This document shows positions 18,473-28,187 of a DNA stretch of 35,266 nt, piece by piece. The stretch's first letter is position 1, and each line of letters begins with the position of its first letter. The translations under genes and the position numbers were made by a program. The DNA comes from Bifidobacterium breve. GTDB lineage: Bacteria; Actinomycetota; Actinomycetes; Nanopelagicales; Nanopelagicaceae. Location: NCBI GenBank assembly GCA_945866155.1, contig CAMBGL010000001.1:1-35266 (forward strand), written 5' to 3'. Under the pieces are notes generated by a model. That model had not been told where the DNA came from. It was given only the letters and a program-made list of their open reading frames with translations, and did no database searches.

Positions 18473-19759
18473 GTGAATGTACCTGTAACCGCCACTATTC
18501 CACGTCACGAAATTGCTGATGCAACTCTTGCTGCCCAAGGGCGCAAGCGCATCGAGTGGGCAGAGCGCAATATGCCTGTGCTTGCCCAAATTCGCGAACG
18601 TTTTGAAAAGACACAACCATTTGCTGGTATTCGCATTGCTGCATGCATGCACGTAACAACAGAGACCGCAAACTTGATGCGCGTACTCAAAGCAGGCGGT
18701 GCTGAGATTGCACTCTGTGCATCAAATCCTCTTTCAACTCAAGATGACACAGCAGCAGCTCTAGTTCACGAATATGGCATTAGCGTATTTGCTCGTAATG
18801 CAGTTGATCGCGATGGTTATTACGCACACCTCAATGCGGCCCTTGATATCGAACCACACCAAGTCTTCGATGATGGATGCGACCTAGTAAATACACTTCA
18901 CACAACACGTCAAGAATTGATTCCAAATATCACAGGTGGTTGCGAAGAGACAACAACAGGAGTTATCCGTCTAAGCCAGATGGCAAAAGAGGGCGCACTT
19001 CGTTTTCCAATGATTGCTGTCAATGACACAGATACAAAGCATATGTTCGATAATCGTTATGGAACAGGTCAGTCCACTCTCGATGCAGTATTTCGTGCGA
19101 CAAACTTCCTACTTGCTGGTCGAATTGTTGTAGTAGCTGGCTTTGGATATTGCGGTAAAGGTGTTGCAGAGCGCGCAAAGGGTATGGGTGCAGATGTAAT
19201 CGTTACTGAAATTGATCCAACTAAGGCACTTGATGCAATGATGCAAGGATTTCGCGTTATGCCAATGCTTGACGCAGCTAAAGTTGGCGATGTCTTTATT
19301 ACTGTAACTGGTAACCGCGACGTACTTCGCGATGAGCATTTCGCAGTAATGAAAGATGGATCAATCATGGCTAACTCTGGCCACTTCGATATTGAAATCG
19401 ATGTTGCATGGCTTGAAAAGAATGCAAAGAGCAAGAATGCAAAGATGCGCCACCAAACGGATGAGTACGTACTCTCTGATGGCCGTCGCTTACTTCTTAT
19501 TGCAGAAGGACGTTTGGTAAACCTTGGTGCAGCTGAAGGTCACCCTGCATCAGTTATGGATATGTCTTTCTCTGATCAGGCACTCACTGCTGAATATCTT
19601 GTTCAAGAGGCAAAGAATCTCAAGCCAGGATTACATGAAGTTCCAACATATATCGATAAGGAAGTTGCAAAACTCAAGCTCCTTAGCATGGGTGGTCACA
19701 TCGATGTACTAACACCAGCTCAGGATCTTTACTTGAACTCGTGGGAACACGGTAGCTAA
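18473..19759 (+). CDS. ahcY: S-adenosylhomocysteine hydrolase (short form)
   Basis: [59 protein letters not shown]. Confidence 0.96.
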   Translation: MNVPVTATIPRHEIADATLAAQGRKRIEWAERNMPVLAQIRERFEKTQPFAGIRIAACMHVTTETANLMRVLKAGGAEIALCASNPLSTQDDTAAALVHEYGISVFARNAVDRDGYYAHLNAALDIEPHQVFDDGCDLVNTLHTTRQELIPNITGGCEETTTGVIRLSQMAKEGALRFPMIAVNDTDTKHMFDNRYGTGQSTLDAVFRATNFLLAGRIVVVAGFGYCGKGVAERAKGMGADVIVTEIDPTKALDAMMQGFRVMPMLDAAKVGDVFITVTGNRDVLRDEHFAVMKDGSIMANSGHFDIEIDVAWLEKNAKSKNAKMRHQTDEYVLSDGRRLLLIAEGRLVNLGAAEGHPASVMDMSFSDQALTAEYLVQEAKNLKPGLHEVPTYIDKEVAKLKLLSMGGHIDVLTPAQDLYLNSWEHGS

Positions 19760-19761
19760 CA

Positions 19762-20448
19762 ATGACTCTGGTTATGGTCGTCGATGACGATCAGGACCTT
19801 GCCGAAATGCTTAGTATCGTTCTCAACGGTGCTGGAATTGATGTTGATTTAGTTGGCCGCGGGGATGAAGTTCTCGAACTCTTTAGAAATAATCCACCAG
19901 ATTTAGTACTACTCGATGTCATGCTTCCGGGTATCGATGGAATCGAAGTATGTAAATTGATTCGAGCAGAATCAATGGTTCCAATCATCATGTTGACTGC
20001 AAAAGGTGATACCCACGATGTGGTTCTTGGCCTTGAAGCAGGGGCAGATGATTACATGGTCAAACCTTTCCGCCATCCCTCAGAACTAATCGCGCGAATC
20101 AAAACACGTCTTCGCCGCACGAATTCAGATATCGTGGGGTTACTCGCAATTAGTGATCTTTCAATAGATGTTCAGGCTCACCATGTGCTTCGTGGTAATA
20201 AAGTGATTTCACTGACCCGCCTCGAATTTGATTTACTCGTCGCCCTTGCTAAAGAGCCAGGACGTGTATTTACTCGAGATGCTCTTCTGAGTGAAGTTTG
20301 GGGTTATCGCCATTCCACGGATACACGCCTAGTCAATGTGCATGTACAGAGATTACGTTCGAAGATCGAACATGATCCAGAAAACCCTGAAATTGTTGTA
20401 ACGGTACGTGGAGTTGGTTACAAAGCAGGAGCATTGGTACATTCATAA
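19762..20448 (+). CDS. mtrA: Two-component response regulator MtrA
   Basis: OmpR-type REC plus wHTH; VFTRDALLSEVWGYRHSTDTRLVNVHVQRLRSKIEHDPENPE. Confidence 0.95.
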   Translation: MTLVMVVDDDQDLAEMLSIVLNGAGIDVDLVGRGDEVLELFRNNPPDLVLLDVMLPGIDGIEVCKLIRAESMVPIIMLTAKGDTHDVVLGLEAGADDYMVKPFRHPSELIARIKTRLRRTNSDIVGLLAISDLSIDVQAHHVLRGNKVISLTRLEFDLLVALAKEPGRVFTRDALLSEVWGYRHSTDTRLVNVHVQRLRSKIEHDPENPEIVVTVRGVGYKAGALVHS

Positions 20449-20449
20449 A

Positions 20450-21994
20450 ATGCAAAGAGCGAACTTTCGACTAGGTAGCTCTCTAGCATTTCGCGTGATT
20501 CTTTCAACAGTATTGCTTTCATTATCAGTAGTTTGGCTGACTGGCTCTGCGCTAAATAATCAACTCTCAAAAGGTGTAAAACAAGTAAACCTTGACTCAG
20601 CAATAATCGAAGCGCGCTCAACCTTCTTCAATGCCCAATACCGATTAGCTCTGGCGCAAGGTGAAGCCGAACCAATTATTCGCTCAGTTATAAATGATGT
20701 AATTACCTCTGCTACAAGTCTTGGAACTGCAGAAAATGCGAGACAGATTGCATTTCTAAAAAGTCCTGGACAGCAGGTATCAAAATTTGACTACGAAATT
20801 AAGTCTGAATTTTTAGAAAAAAATTCAATCCCAGAGACACTAAAGATTCAAGTGCGGAAATCTTCAGAGATTCGATGGAAATATATAAATTTTGCATATC
20901 CTGGAAATTCTTTGAGTCCAGCAATTATTCTAGGTAATAAGGTCGTTGTACCAAATGCGGGTCAGTACGAGATCTATCTTCTAATCTCCTTAGAAAATCA
21001 AAAAACAACACTAGAGCTCATTCGTAGCTCACTCTTGCTCACAGGTTTTGCGTTGATACTTCTTATTGGGCTAATTACATGGCTTGTAGTAAGGCAAGTA
21101 GTAAGACCCGTTCGAGAAGCTGCTCGAATCGCAACAGAATTTACAAGTGGTGATTTTCACCAACGAATGGATGTTCATTCGCGTGATGAAATTTCCATCC
21201 TAGGAAATGCTTTCAACGAGATGGCAGAATCTCTTCAAAAGCAGATTGCTCGCCTTGAAAACCTTTCAAGAGTTCAACAGCGTTTTGTTTCAGATGTTTC
21301 TCACGAATTGCGCACACCATTGACTACCTTACGAATGGCATCAGAAATCATTCATAGTGCTCGCCAATCTTTCGATCCCAATGTTTCGCGTTCTGCAGAG
21401 CTCCTAGTTGCTCAACTCGATAGATTCGAGCGCCTTCTAGAAGATTTACTTGAAGTAAGTAGATTTGATGCAGAAGTAGCAGTTCTTGAAGGTGTTGATT
21501 TTGACATTGTCACTTTGGCTAAACGTTGCATTGAAGATTTGGCCTTAGTCGCATCAGAAAACTCAACTTCGATGGTCTTATTAGTGCCCAATGAAACAAT
21601 TATGCTCAATGCAGATATTCGAAGAGTCGAACGTATTCTTCGCAATTTGCTAACCAATGCAATAGATCATGCCAACGGTAAACCAATTGAAGTCACAATT
21701 GCTCACTCTGAGCATGATGTGGCAGTTGGGGTGCGTGACTATGGAATTGGAATTGAACCACATCTGCTGAGCCGAGTATTTGATCGATTCTGGCGCGCTG
21801 ATCCATCGCGCGCACGCGTTCGCGGAGGAACTGGGTTAGGGCTTTCAATAGCGCTAGAGGATGCACGTTTGCATAATGGAGAATTAGAAGCATGGGGACG
21901 CCCACGATACGGCGCTCATTTCGTACTCACCCTTCCGCGCCAAGAAGGTTCAAGTATTGAAGCACGATTAATAACACTCAAACCAACGACGTAG
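20450..21994 (+). CDS. mtrB: Sensor histidine kinase MtrB
   Basis: Two TM segments, HAMP, QQRFVSDVSHELRTPLTT, FDRFWRADPSRAR..GGTGLGLSIA. ATG 20450 follows the mtrA stop. Confidence 0.95.
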   Translation: MQRANFRLGSSLAFRVILSTVLLSLSVVWLTGSALNNQLSKGVKQVNLDSAIIEARSTFFNAQYRLALAQGEAEPIIRSVINDVITSATSLGTAENARQIAFLKSPGQQVSKFDYEIKSEFLEKNSIPETLKIQVRKSSEIRWKYINFAYPGNSLSPAIILGNKVVVPNAGQYEIYLLISLENQKTTLELIRSSLLLTGFALILLIGLITWLVVRQVVRPVREAARIATEFTSGDFHQRMDVHSRDEISILGNAFNEMAESLQKQIARLENLSRVQQRFVSDVSHELRTPLTTLRMASEIIHSARQSFDPNVSRSAELLVAQLDRFERLLEDLLEVSRFDAEVAVLEGVDFDIVTLAKRCIEDLALVASENSTSMVLLVPNETIMLNADIRRVERILRNLLTNAIDHANGKPIEVTIAHSEHDVAVGVRDYGIGIEPHLLSRVFDRFWRADPSRARVRGGTGLGLSIALEDARLHNGELEAWGRPRYGAHFVLTLPRQEGSSIEARLITLKPTT

Positions 21995-22051
21995 TATCCA
22001 CAACTATTCGAAGAATTTTTTCTAGTACCGTTGTGCTCGAAATAATTCTCT

Positions 22052-22675
22052 ATGAAGTTGATTCAAGAACTCTCAGCGCTAATCTTTCCTCAACGATGTA
22101 TCGGCTGCATGCAATTAGGTCTAACAATTTGTTCACAATGTCGCCTTTCGTGGCATCCACATATTTTTAGAACTCATGTTGATACTCTTCCCGTAACATC
22201 ATCAATTCTCTATTCACCAATCGCGGCTCGAATATTGGTTGCCGCAAAGGAAGCGAATCAAAGAAGCGCTGATACTTTGATAATCGATTCTATGCAACAT
22301 ATTTTAGAGAACTATAAAGGAGATATTGCAAATCTAACTTTTATCCCGATGCCATCATCGAAGAAAGCGATAAGGAAGCGAGGGCGAAACTTTATAGAAT
22401 TCGTATGCAAAGAATTGAATATTTCATATTCAAATGTTCTCTTTCATAAAAGAAGTGTGAAAGACCAAAGTGGACTCAATGCCGAAGAGCGCAGGTCGAA
22501 TCTTGTTGGTGCCTTTGGTCTGGAAAGTAGTGTGAGAATTTACGGAGATATTGTTTTAATTGATGATGTAGTTACAACGGGCTCAACGCTACGAGAGGCT
22601 CGAAGGGCGCTTTCGGCTGGCGGGCTGCAGGTATCAGCTGCAATTACCGCCTGCGTCGCCCAACCCCTACGATAG
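22052..22675 (+). CDS. comF: ComF family protein (zinc ribbon plus phosphoribosyltransferase fold)
   Basis: FPQRCIGC...CSQC, RKRGRN, QSGL.AEERRSNL.GAF, VLIDDVVTTGSTL. Confidence 0.9.
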   Translation: MKLIQELSALIFPQRCIGCMQLGLTICSQCRLSWHPHIFRTHVDTLPVTSSILYSPIAARILVAAKEANQRSADTLIIDSMQHILENYKGDIANLTFIPMPSSKKAIRKRGRNFIEFVCKELNISYSNVLFHKRSVKDQSGLNAEERRSNLVGAFGLESSVRIYGDIVLIDDVVTTGSTLREARRALSAGGLQVSAAITACVAQPLR

Positions 22676-22731
22676 GAGGGTTGATCCACATGGAGCCAAG
22701 GGTGGCCATGTGATTAGAAAAGGTGAGGTTT

Positions 22732-25404
22732 ATGCCAGCGTTTTTCGATCGAATTTTGCGTGCAGGTGAAGGACGCCAGCTTCGTGACCTTGCAAAACTC
22801 GTAACGCTAGTCAATGCACAAGAAGATCGTATCTCTGCATTATCCGATGACGATCTACGCAATCAAACTTCAATCTTCAAGAATCGAATTGCTCAAGGTG
22901 AATCTCTCGATGATTTGTTACCAGAAGCATTTGCAGTAGTCCGCGAAGCCGCAAAGCGCACATTAGGACAGCGTCACTACGATGTTCAACTTATGGGTGG
23001 CGCTGCGATGCATCGTGGCAATATTGCAGAAATGAGAACTGGTGAAGGTAAGACTCTTGTAGCAACACTTCCTTCATACCTCAATGCACTTGCAGGCAAA
23101 GGCGTCCACGTAGTTACAACAAATGATTATTTAGCTGAGCGCGATAGTGAATGGATGGGACGTATTCACCGATTCTTGGGACTGAGAGTTGGCGTGATCC
23201 TTGCCAATATGACTCCGGCGGAGCGACGCGAAGCATATGGCGCAGATGTTACATACGGAACAAATAACGAATTTGGTTTTGACTATCTTCGAGACAATAT
23301 GGCTTGGAGTCTTGAAGAGTGTGTTCAGCGCGAACACTTCTTTGCAGTTGTCGATGAAGTGGACTCAATTCTCATAGATGAGGCTCGCACACCTCTCATT
23401 ATTAGTGGCCCTGCCGATAAAGCCACCAAATGGTACGTAGAGTTTGCAAACCTTGTTGCTAAATTGCAACGCGATGTTCACTATGAAGTAGATGAGAAGA
23501 AGAAGAGCTCTTCCGTACTCGAAGATGGCGTAACTCGCGTCGAAGAGATGCTCAAAATCTCGAATCTTTATGAAGCGGCGAATACGCCCATGATCGGCTA
23601 TCTCAATAATGCAATTCGCGCAAAGGAACTCTTCAAGCGCGATAAGGATTATGTAGTCATGAATGGTGAACTACTCATCGTTGATGAGCACACTGGTCGT
23701 ATGCTTGCAGGGCGTCGTTATAGTGAAGGCCTTCATCAAGCACTTGAGGCCAAAGAACGTATTGAAATTCAGGATGAGAACCAAACTCTTGCAACAATTA
23801 CATTGCAGAATTACTTCCGTCTCTATGAAAAAATCTCTGGGATGACTGGTACCGCTAGCACTGAAGCGTCGGAATTTCATCAGATTTATAAATTAGGCGT
23901 AATACCGATTCCAACAAACCGTGAAATGGTTCGCTTAGATCAAGCAGATCTTGTCTACAAATCAGAGGCAGGAAAGTTTTCAGCACTTACTGCCGACATT
24001 GCGCAGCGTCACCGTAAAGGACAACCTGTTTTGGTTGGAACAGTAAGTGTTGAAAAATCTGAAGAATTATCTGGCTATTTGCGTAAAGCCGGTGTACCTC
24101 ACGAAGTTCTCAACGCAAAGCATCATGAACGCGAAGCTGCAATTATTGCTAATGCAGGAGTGAGCGGTGCCGTAACTGTTGCTACAAATATGGCTGGCCG
24201 AGGTACCGACATTATGCTTGGTGGTAATCCAGAGTTTATGGCTGATTACGAATTACAACGTCGTGGAATATCTCCAGTTGATAATGCTCAAGAATACGAA
24301 GCGGCATGGCCAGTAGAAATTGCACGACAGAAAGAGGCTGTAAAGAAAGGCCATGAAGAAGTTGTAGCACTTGGTGGACTCTATGTTTTGGGAACAGAGC
24401 GTCACGAATCACGCCGCATTGATAATCAGTTGCGTGGTCGCTCCGGACGCCAAGGCGATCCTGGAGAATCTCGTTTCTATCTCTCGCTTCAAGATGAATT
24501 AATGCGTCGATTCAATTCCGGAATGGTTGAAAGATTCCTCTCTGCTGCAGGAATTCCTGAAGATTCTCCAATTGAGTCCAAGATGGTAAGTAATGCAATT
24601 CGCTCTGCGCAGACACAGGTAGAAGCGCAGAACTTTGAAATGCGTAAAAATGTTTTGAAATATGACGATGTTATGAATCGTCAACGCCAAGTTGTTTATG
24701 GAGAGCGCCGTTTAGTACTTGAAGGAAAAGATATTAAGGATCAAATCGCTGAATTTGTTGATGAAACTTTGATTGCTTATATTCAAGCAGAAACAGCGGA
24801 GGGATATGCAGAGGATTGGGATCTAGAAAAACTCTGGACTGCTCTTACCTCTATCTATCCAATATCACTCACAGTTGACGATGTTGAAAAATTAGCAGGT
24901 ACTCGAGCTGGACTAGATGCAGATTTCTTGATTGCACAAATAACAGACGATGTTGCCAGAGCTTATGTATCTCGCGAAGCCACACTTGGCGCCCAAGTTA
25001 TGCGAGAGCTAGAGCGCAAAGTCTTGTTATCGGTCCTAGATCGTAAATGGCGCGAACACCTATACGAAATGGATTATCTACAAGAGGGAATTGGACTGCG
25101 TGCTATGGCGCAACGTGATCCACTTGTTGAATATCAGCGTGAAGGTTTCGATTTATTTGCAGCAATGATGGATGGCATCAAAGAAGAGATTGCTGTACTT
25201 CTTTTCAATGTCGAAGTTACTGTCGAATCTAACGAGACAGTAAATGCGAAAGGCTTAGAAAGTAAGCCCGCGCCTGTGGGTGCGCTGCAATACACAGCTG
25301 CCGATGAAAATGGTGTACACAAAACTGGCGACGTTGGTAGAAACTCACAATGTCCGTGTGGCTCTGGAAAGAAATACAAGCGTTGCCATGGTGCGGCGCA
25401 ATAA
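22732..25404 (+). CDS. secA: Preprotein translocase ATPase SecA
   Basis: [51 protein letters not shown]; C-terminal [17 protein letters not shown] 22732 follows AGGTGAGG. Confidence 0.97.
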   Translation: MPAFFDRILRAGEGRQLRDLAKLVTLVNAQEDRISALSDDDLRNQTSIFKNRIAQGESLDDLLPEAFAVVREAAKRTLGQRHYDVQLMGGAAMHRGNIAEMRTGEGKTLVATLPSYLNALAGKGVHVVTTNDYLAERDSEWMGRIHRFLGLRVGVILANMTPAERREAYGADVTYGTNNEFGFDYLRDNMAWSLEECVQREHFFAVVDEVDSILIDEARTPLIISGPADKATKWYVEFANLVAKLQRDVHYEVDEKKKSSSVLEDGVTRVEEMLKISNLYEAANTPMIGYLNNAIRAKELFKRDKDYVVMNGELLIVDEHTGRMLAGRRYSEGLHQALEAKERIEIQDENQTLATITLQNYFRLYEKISGMTGTASTEASEFHQIYKLGVIPIPTNREMVRLDQADLVYKSEAGKFSALTADIAQRHRKGQPVLVGTVSVEKSEELSGYLRKAGVPHEVLNAKHHEREAAIIANAGVSGAVTVATNMAGRGTDIMLGGNPEFMADYELQRRGISPVDNAQEYEAAWPVEIARQKEAVKKGHEEVVALGGLYVLGTERHESRRIDNQLRGRSGRQGDPGESRFYLSLQDELMRRFNSGMVERFLSAAGIPEDSPIESKMVSNAIRSAQTQVEAQNFEMRKNVLKYDDVMNRQRQVVYGERRLVLEGKDIKDQIAEFVDETLIAYIQAETAEGYAEDWDLEKLWTALTSIYPISLTVDDVEKLAGTRAGLDADFLIAQITDDVARAYVSREATLGAQVMRELERKVLLSVLDRKWREHLYEMDYLQEGIGLRAMAQRDPLVEYQREGFDLFAAMMDGIKEEIAVLLFNVEVTVESNETVNAKGLESKPAPVGALQYTAADENGVHKTGDVGRNSQCPCGSGKKYKRCHGAAQ

Positions 25405-25409
25405 CTTCT

Positions 25410-25937
25410 CTATAAAAGAGTTAGCGCAGTACATAACCACCGTTTATCAATTCCTTCGAATCTAATAACAAGTGAGCGAAGTCTTCCTCCGTATCGCACT
25501 GTCACAGTTGATTCACAAATCCCATCCAGAGGTTCACTTTGATGTAGCGCTCTCACTCGACCTACCTCCTTTTGACTCCCAACATTTCTAATAAGTTCGC
25601 TATATATCTTTTGATGACACCAATGCGAGAGCTGAGCAGGCTGCCTCTTTCCTGCCCAAATCTCTAAAACGCTCACAACAAATTTGAGAGTCCAGGTATG
25701 TAATTCGGGTAGCTCCGATGCAGATGTTGGTTGTGGCGCAAAATCGGGATCGTAGTTTTCACCAAAGCAAGAAGGTGTTGTAAATAGCATGGCCTTTTGA
25801 GCAATAACTTCTACAACGGGTGCCGGAAAGAGATCGAGTACTGGATGGCTCCAGAAATGTGAATGAATGATTGGAGCTGGTTCAAGAACCACACTTTTAT
25901 ATGTTGGATCTTCATCGATATAGATTTGAGTTGTCAT
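25410..25937 (-). CDS. Rv3235-like (DUF6459) protein
   Basis: LEIWAGKRQPAQLSHW...EPLDGICE.TV.V....RLRSL.IRFEG...RWLCTAL; convergent on secA as in other actinobacteria. Confidence 0.8.
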   Translation of the reverse strand: MTTQIYIDEDPTYKSVVLEPAPIIHSHFWSHPVLDLFPAPVVEVIAQKAMLFTTPSCFGENYDPDFAPQPTSASELPELHTWTLKFVVSVLEIWAGKRQPAQLSHWCHQKIYSELIRNVGSQKEVGRVRALHQSEPLDGICESTVTVRYGGRLRSLVIRFEGIDKRWLCTALTLL

Positions 25938-25972
25938 GGCGCTCAGATTTGCGCACATAGTTGGGGCGCACA

Positions 25973-26011
25973 TCAGCCAAAAGGATGAGATTGCCTCATA
26001 CTTTTGGATGA
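25973..26011. repeat. 17-bp imperfect inverted repeat in a divergent promoter region
   Basis: TCAGCCAAAAGGATGAG-attgc-CTCATACTTTTGGATGA, 15 of 17 positions complementary. Confidence 0.75.
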
Positions 26012-26012
26012 C

Positions 26013-26021
26013 TGTGGATAA
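26013..26021 (-). promoter_or_regulatory. Consensus DnaA box (TTATCCACA on the minus strand)
   Basis: TGTGGATAA on the + strand is an exact 9-mer match; function not shown. Confidence 0.45.
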
Positions 26022-26060
26022 AGTATTTTATTTTATCTTCAAGGCTATTGAGTAGCCCGC

Positions 26061-26660
26061 ATGGTTACATATAAAGAAAAATCATCATCACGACTTCCCT
26101 TGGCAATCACATTAGTAATTGCATCGTTTCTATCTGCATTTGTCCTGGCAGCGACTTCAAATCGTGGAAGCCACTATTGGGTTGCTAAGCACGCACTTCT
26201 ACCTGGCGCTCTAATCTCTTCACAAGATGTTACAACTGCGAAATTTGCATTAGGCAAAAGCGCTTCGATATATCTGCTCAAGAATGAAAACCCTGTAGGT
26301 ACCCTAGTTCTAACACCAATCAGTGCGCAGAGTCTCATTGCTAAAGATTTCATAAGTACTAATAGAGACTATGGAACTAGCCATCTTGTTCCGCTGCGAA
26401 TTGCATCTTCTGATCTTCCATCAGGAATCATGAGTGGTGAAATAATTGATCTCTATTGGGTAGATTCACGCGAAAATAATCTGAGTACATCGCCACCCCT
26501 TCTCATTGTGAGTGGAATCTATCTTGTAGATATTGATAGAAGCGGAAAGAATTTCGCAAGCGATATTGGGCTCACGCTCTCAGTTGAATCAGCTGATGTA
26601 CTCAAACTTCTCAGTGCAACAATATTTGGACGATTAGTGGTTGTGAGTACTCATGGCTGA
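26061..26660 (+). CDS. SAF-domain (CpaB/RcpC-like) membrane-anchored protein
   Basis: N-terminal TM; YWVAKHALLPGALISSQDV SAF-like start; LPSGIMSGEIIDLYWV RcpC-like motif. Confidence 0.7.
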   Translation: MVTYKEKSSSRLPLAITLVIASFLSAFVLAATSNRGSHYWVAKHALLPGALISSQDVTTAKFALGKSASIYLLKNENPVGTLVLTPISAQSLIAKDFISTNRDYGTSHLVPLRIASSDLPSGIMSGEIIDLYWVDSRENNLSTSPPLLIVSGIYLVDIDRSGKNFASDIGLTLSVESADVLKLLSATIFGRLVVVSTHG

Positions 26661-27753
26661 ACAAGAGTTACCTATTGTTATGACGGCGATAGCAGATGCG
26701 CAGATAGAAGGTTTTGTGGCAAGTGGACTCTTTGCCCAAGGTTGGTCAGTTGTATTTCGAGCCTTAGACATAGCATCGCTCTTGAAATATATTGCGGCTA
26801 ATCCCGAAATCGCAAAGAGTGCACTCGTGCTCTACACCCCGGATCTTCCAGGCTTAGAGCCAAATACCTGTTTAGAAATTTCCCGAATGGTCAAGCAATC
26901 AATTGGCTTTTCCAATAACTTAGAGAGATTTCAAGATTATGCGGGGCTTTATGAAATTCCAAAAGATGTAACCGAACTTGTGAGTTTGGTTCGTGGTTCA
27001 CTACGTAGCCCTTTGATTCGCCAGTCTTCCCCTATTCAAAACTCAACAAGGCGGGCACAAGTCGTTGCCATTGGTTCAGTAGGAAGTGGAGTTGGTTGCA
27101 CAACAGTTGCAATCAATATTGCAATGGAGCTAAGTGTGCTTGAAAAGTCCACACTTCTCATAGATGCAAATTTTAGAGCGCCATCCATAGCAGTACTTCT
27201 TTCACTTCGAAATCTTCACAGTGATGAGGGATGGCGAAACGTTGCACCCTTATTTTCAATATCTGAGATAACTCAGCTTCGATCAAATAGCATCGATGAC
27301 TTTATGATGCGAGCCATAGACAGTTTTGATCAAATTATTATTGATCTAGGTTCCATCTCTGGACTATCAAATCGTCTTACTGATCAGCGTTGGACCTCAA
27401 AAATGACAACATGGTCCTGTGATAACGCCGATGAACTTTGGATAATCTCGAAGCCTGACTTACTGGGTTCACATAGATTAGAACAAGTCCTTCCCTTATT
27501 AGAGAAGACAACAATGAGAGCGAAATTGGGATTTCTCCTCAATATGAAATCGCAGGGCAAGAAGGGTGAAAATGAAGAGGCACGCTTTCTAGCCTCGATA
27601 ACACCGCTGCGCCCAAAGAGCTTGCGAGTTATTGCGCGCGATAGTAGGTCGGTCCAGGCAAGTGAAGAGGCTCGCTCTACCTTGATTGAAGTAAATGAGC
27701 GTTCCTCTCTGAGGAAGTCATTAGCAAAGATTGCGAGTGAAATCTCTAGCTAA
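26653..27753 (+). CDS. CpaE/TadZ/MinD-like P-loop protein with degenerate Walker A
   Basis: Receiver-like N-terminus; GSVGSGVGCTTVAINIA, TLLIDAN...PSIA, FDQIIIDLG. Confidence 0.7.
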   Translation: MAEQELPIVMTAIADAQIEGFVASGLFAQGWSVVFRALDIASLLKYIAANPEIAKSALVLYTPDLPGLEPNTCLEISRMVKQSIGFSNNLERFQDYAGLYEIPKDVTELVSLVRGSLRSPLIRQSSPIQNSTRRAQVVAIGSVGSGVGCTTVAINIAMELSVLEKSTLLIDANFRAPSIAVLLSLRNLHSDEGWRNVAPLFSISEITQLRSNSIDDFMMRAIDSFDQIIIDLGSISGLSNRLTDQRWTSKMTTWSCDNADELWIISKPDLLGSHRLEQVLPLLEKTTMRAKLGFLLNMKSQGKKGENEEARFLASITPLRPKSLRVIARDSRSVQASEEARSTLIEVNERSSLRKSLAKIASEISS

Positions 27754-27772
27754 TCTCCAATATAATTACCAC

Positions 27773-28180
27773 ATGCGAGCATATCTTCCTCTATCTTCTG
27801 CGGATATTGCCCTATTCCTTAGGTCAAAAACTATTCCTGTCTCTAAGTTATATGCACCAACTATTAAGTATTTGACTGACAATAATGATCATGATGATGA
27901 AGAGATTGAATACATGCTCTCCTTGCTTGCAGCAAATGATGCAATGAATCTCGTTAGCGGTAATCAAAAAATAGGGACCCTGCTTGCCTTGGAAATAGAA
28001 AGTAAAGAGATTGCAGTCGAAGGAAGTGACTCAATAACCCTCGTCGGAGATTTAGTGTGGGATCGCGTTGAATGCCTATTTACAAGTGTTCTCGATGAGG
28101 AGGGCGATATCGAACTAACATGGTATGCCACTCAAGAAATTGAAGATCAATTAGCCCTCATTTCATCTGGAAATAAGTAA
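27773..28180 (+). CDS. DUF6912-like acidic hypothetical protein
   Basis: MRAYLP start, D.EE.EY, C-terminal LTWYATQEI. ATG 27773 lies 6 nt after TATAAT. Confidence 0.75.
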   Translation: MRAYLPLSSADIALFLRSKTIPVSKLYAPTIKYLTDNNDHDDEEIEYMLSLLAANDAMNLVSGNQKIGTLLALEIESKEIAVEGSDSITLVGDLVWDRVECLFTSVLDEEGDIELTWYATQEIEDQLALISSGNK

Positions 28181-28187
28181 TCAAATA

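Noticed and set aside
25938-26060. Replication origin (oriC)
   Set aside because: Only one perfect DnaA box, and no dnaA/dnaN nearby.
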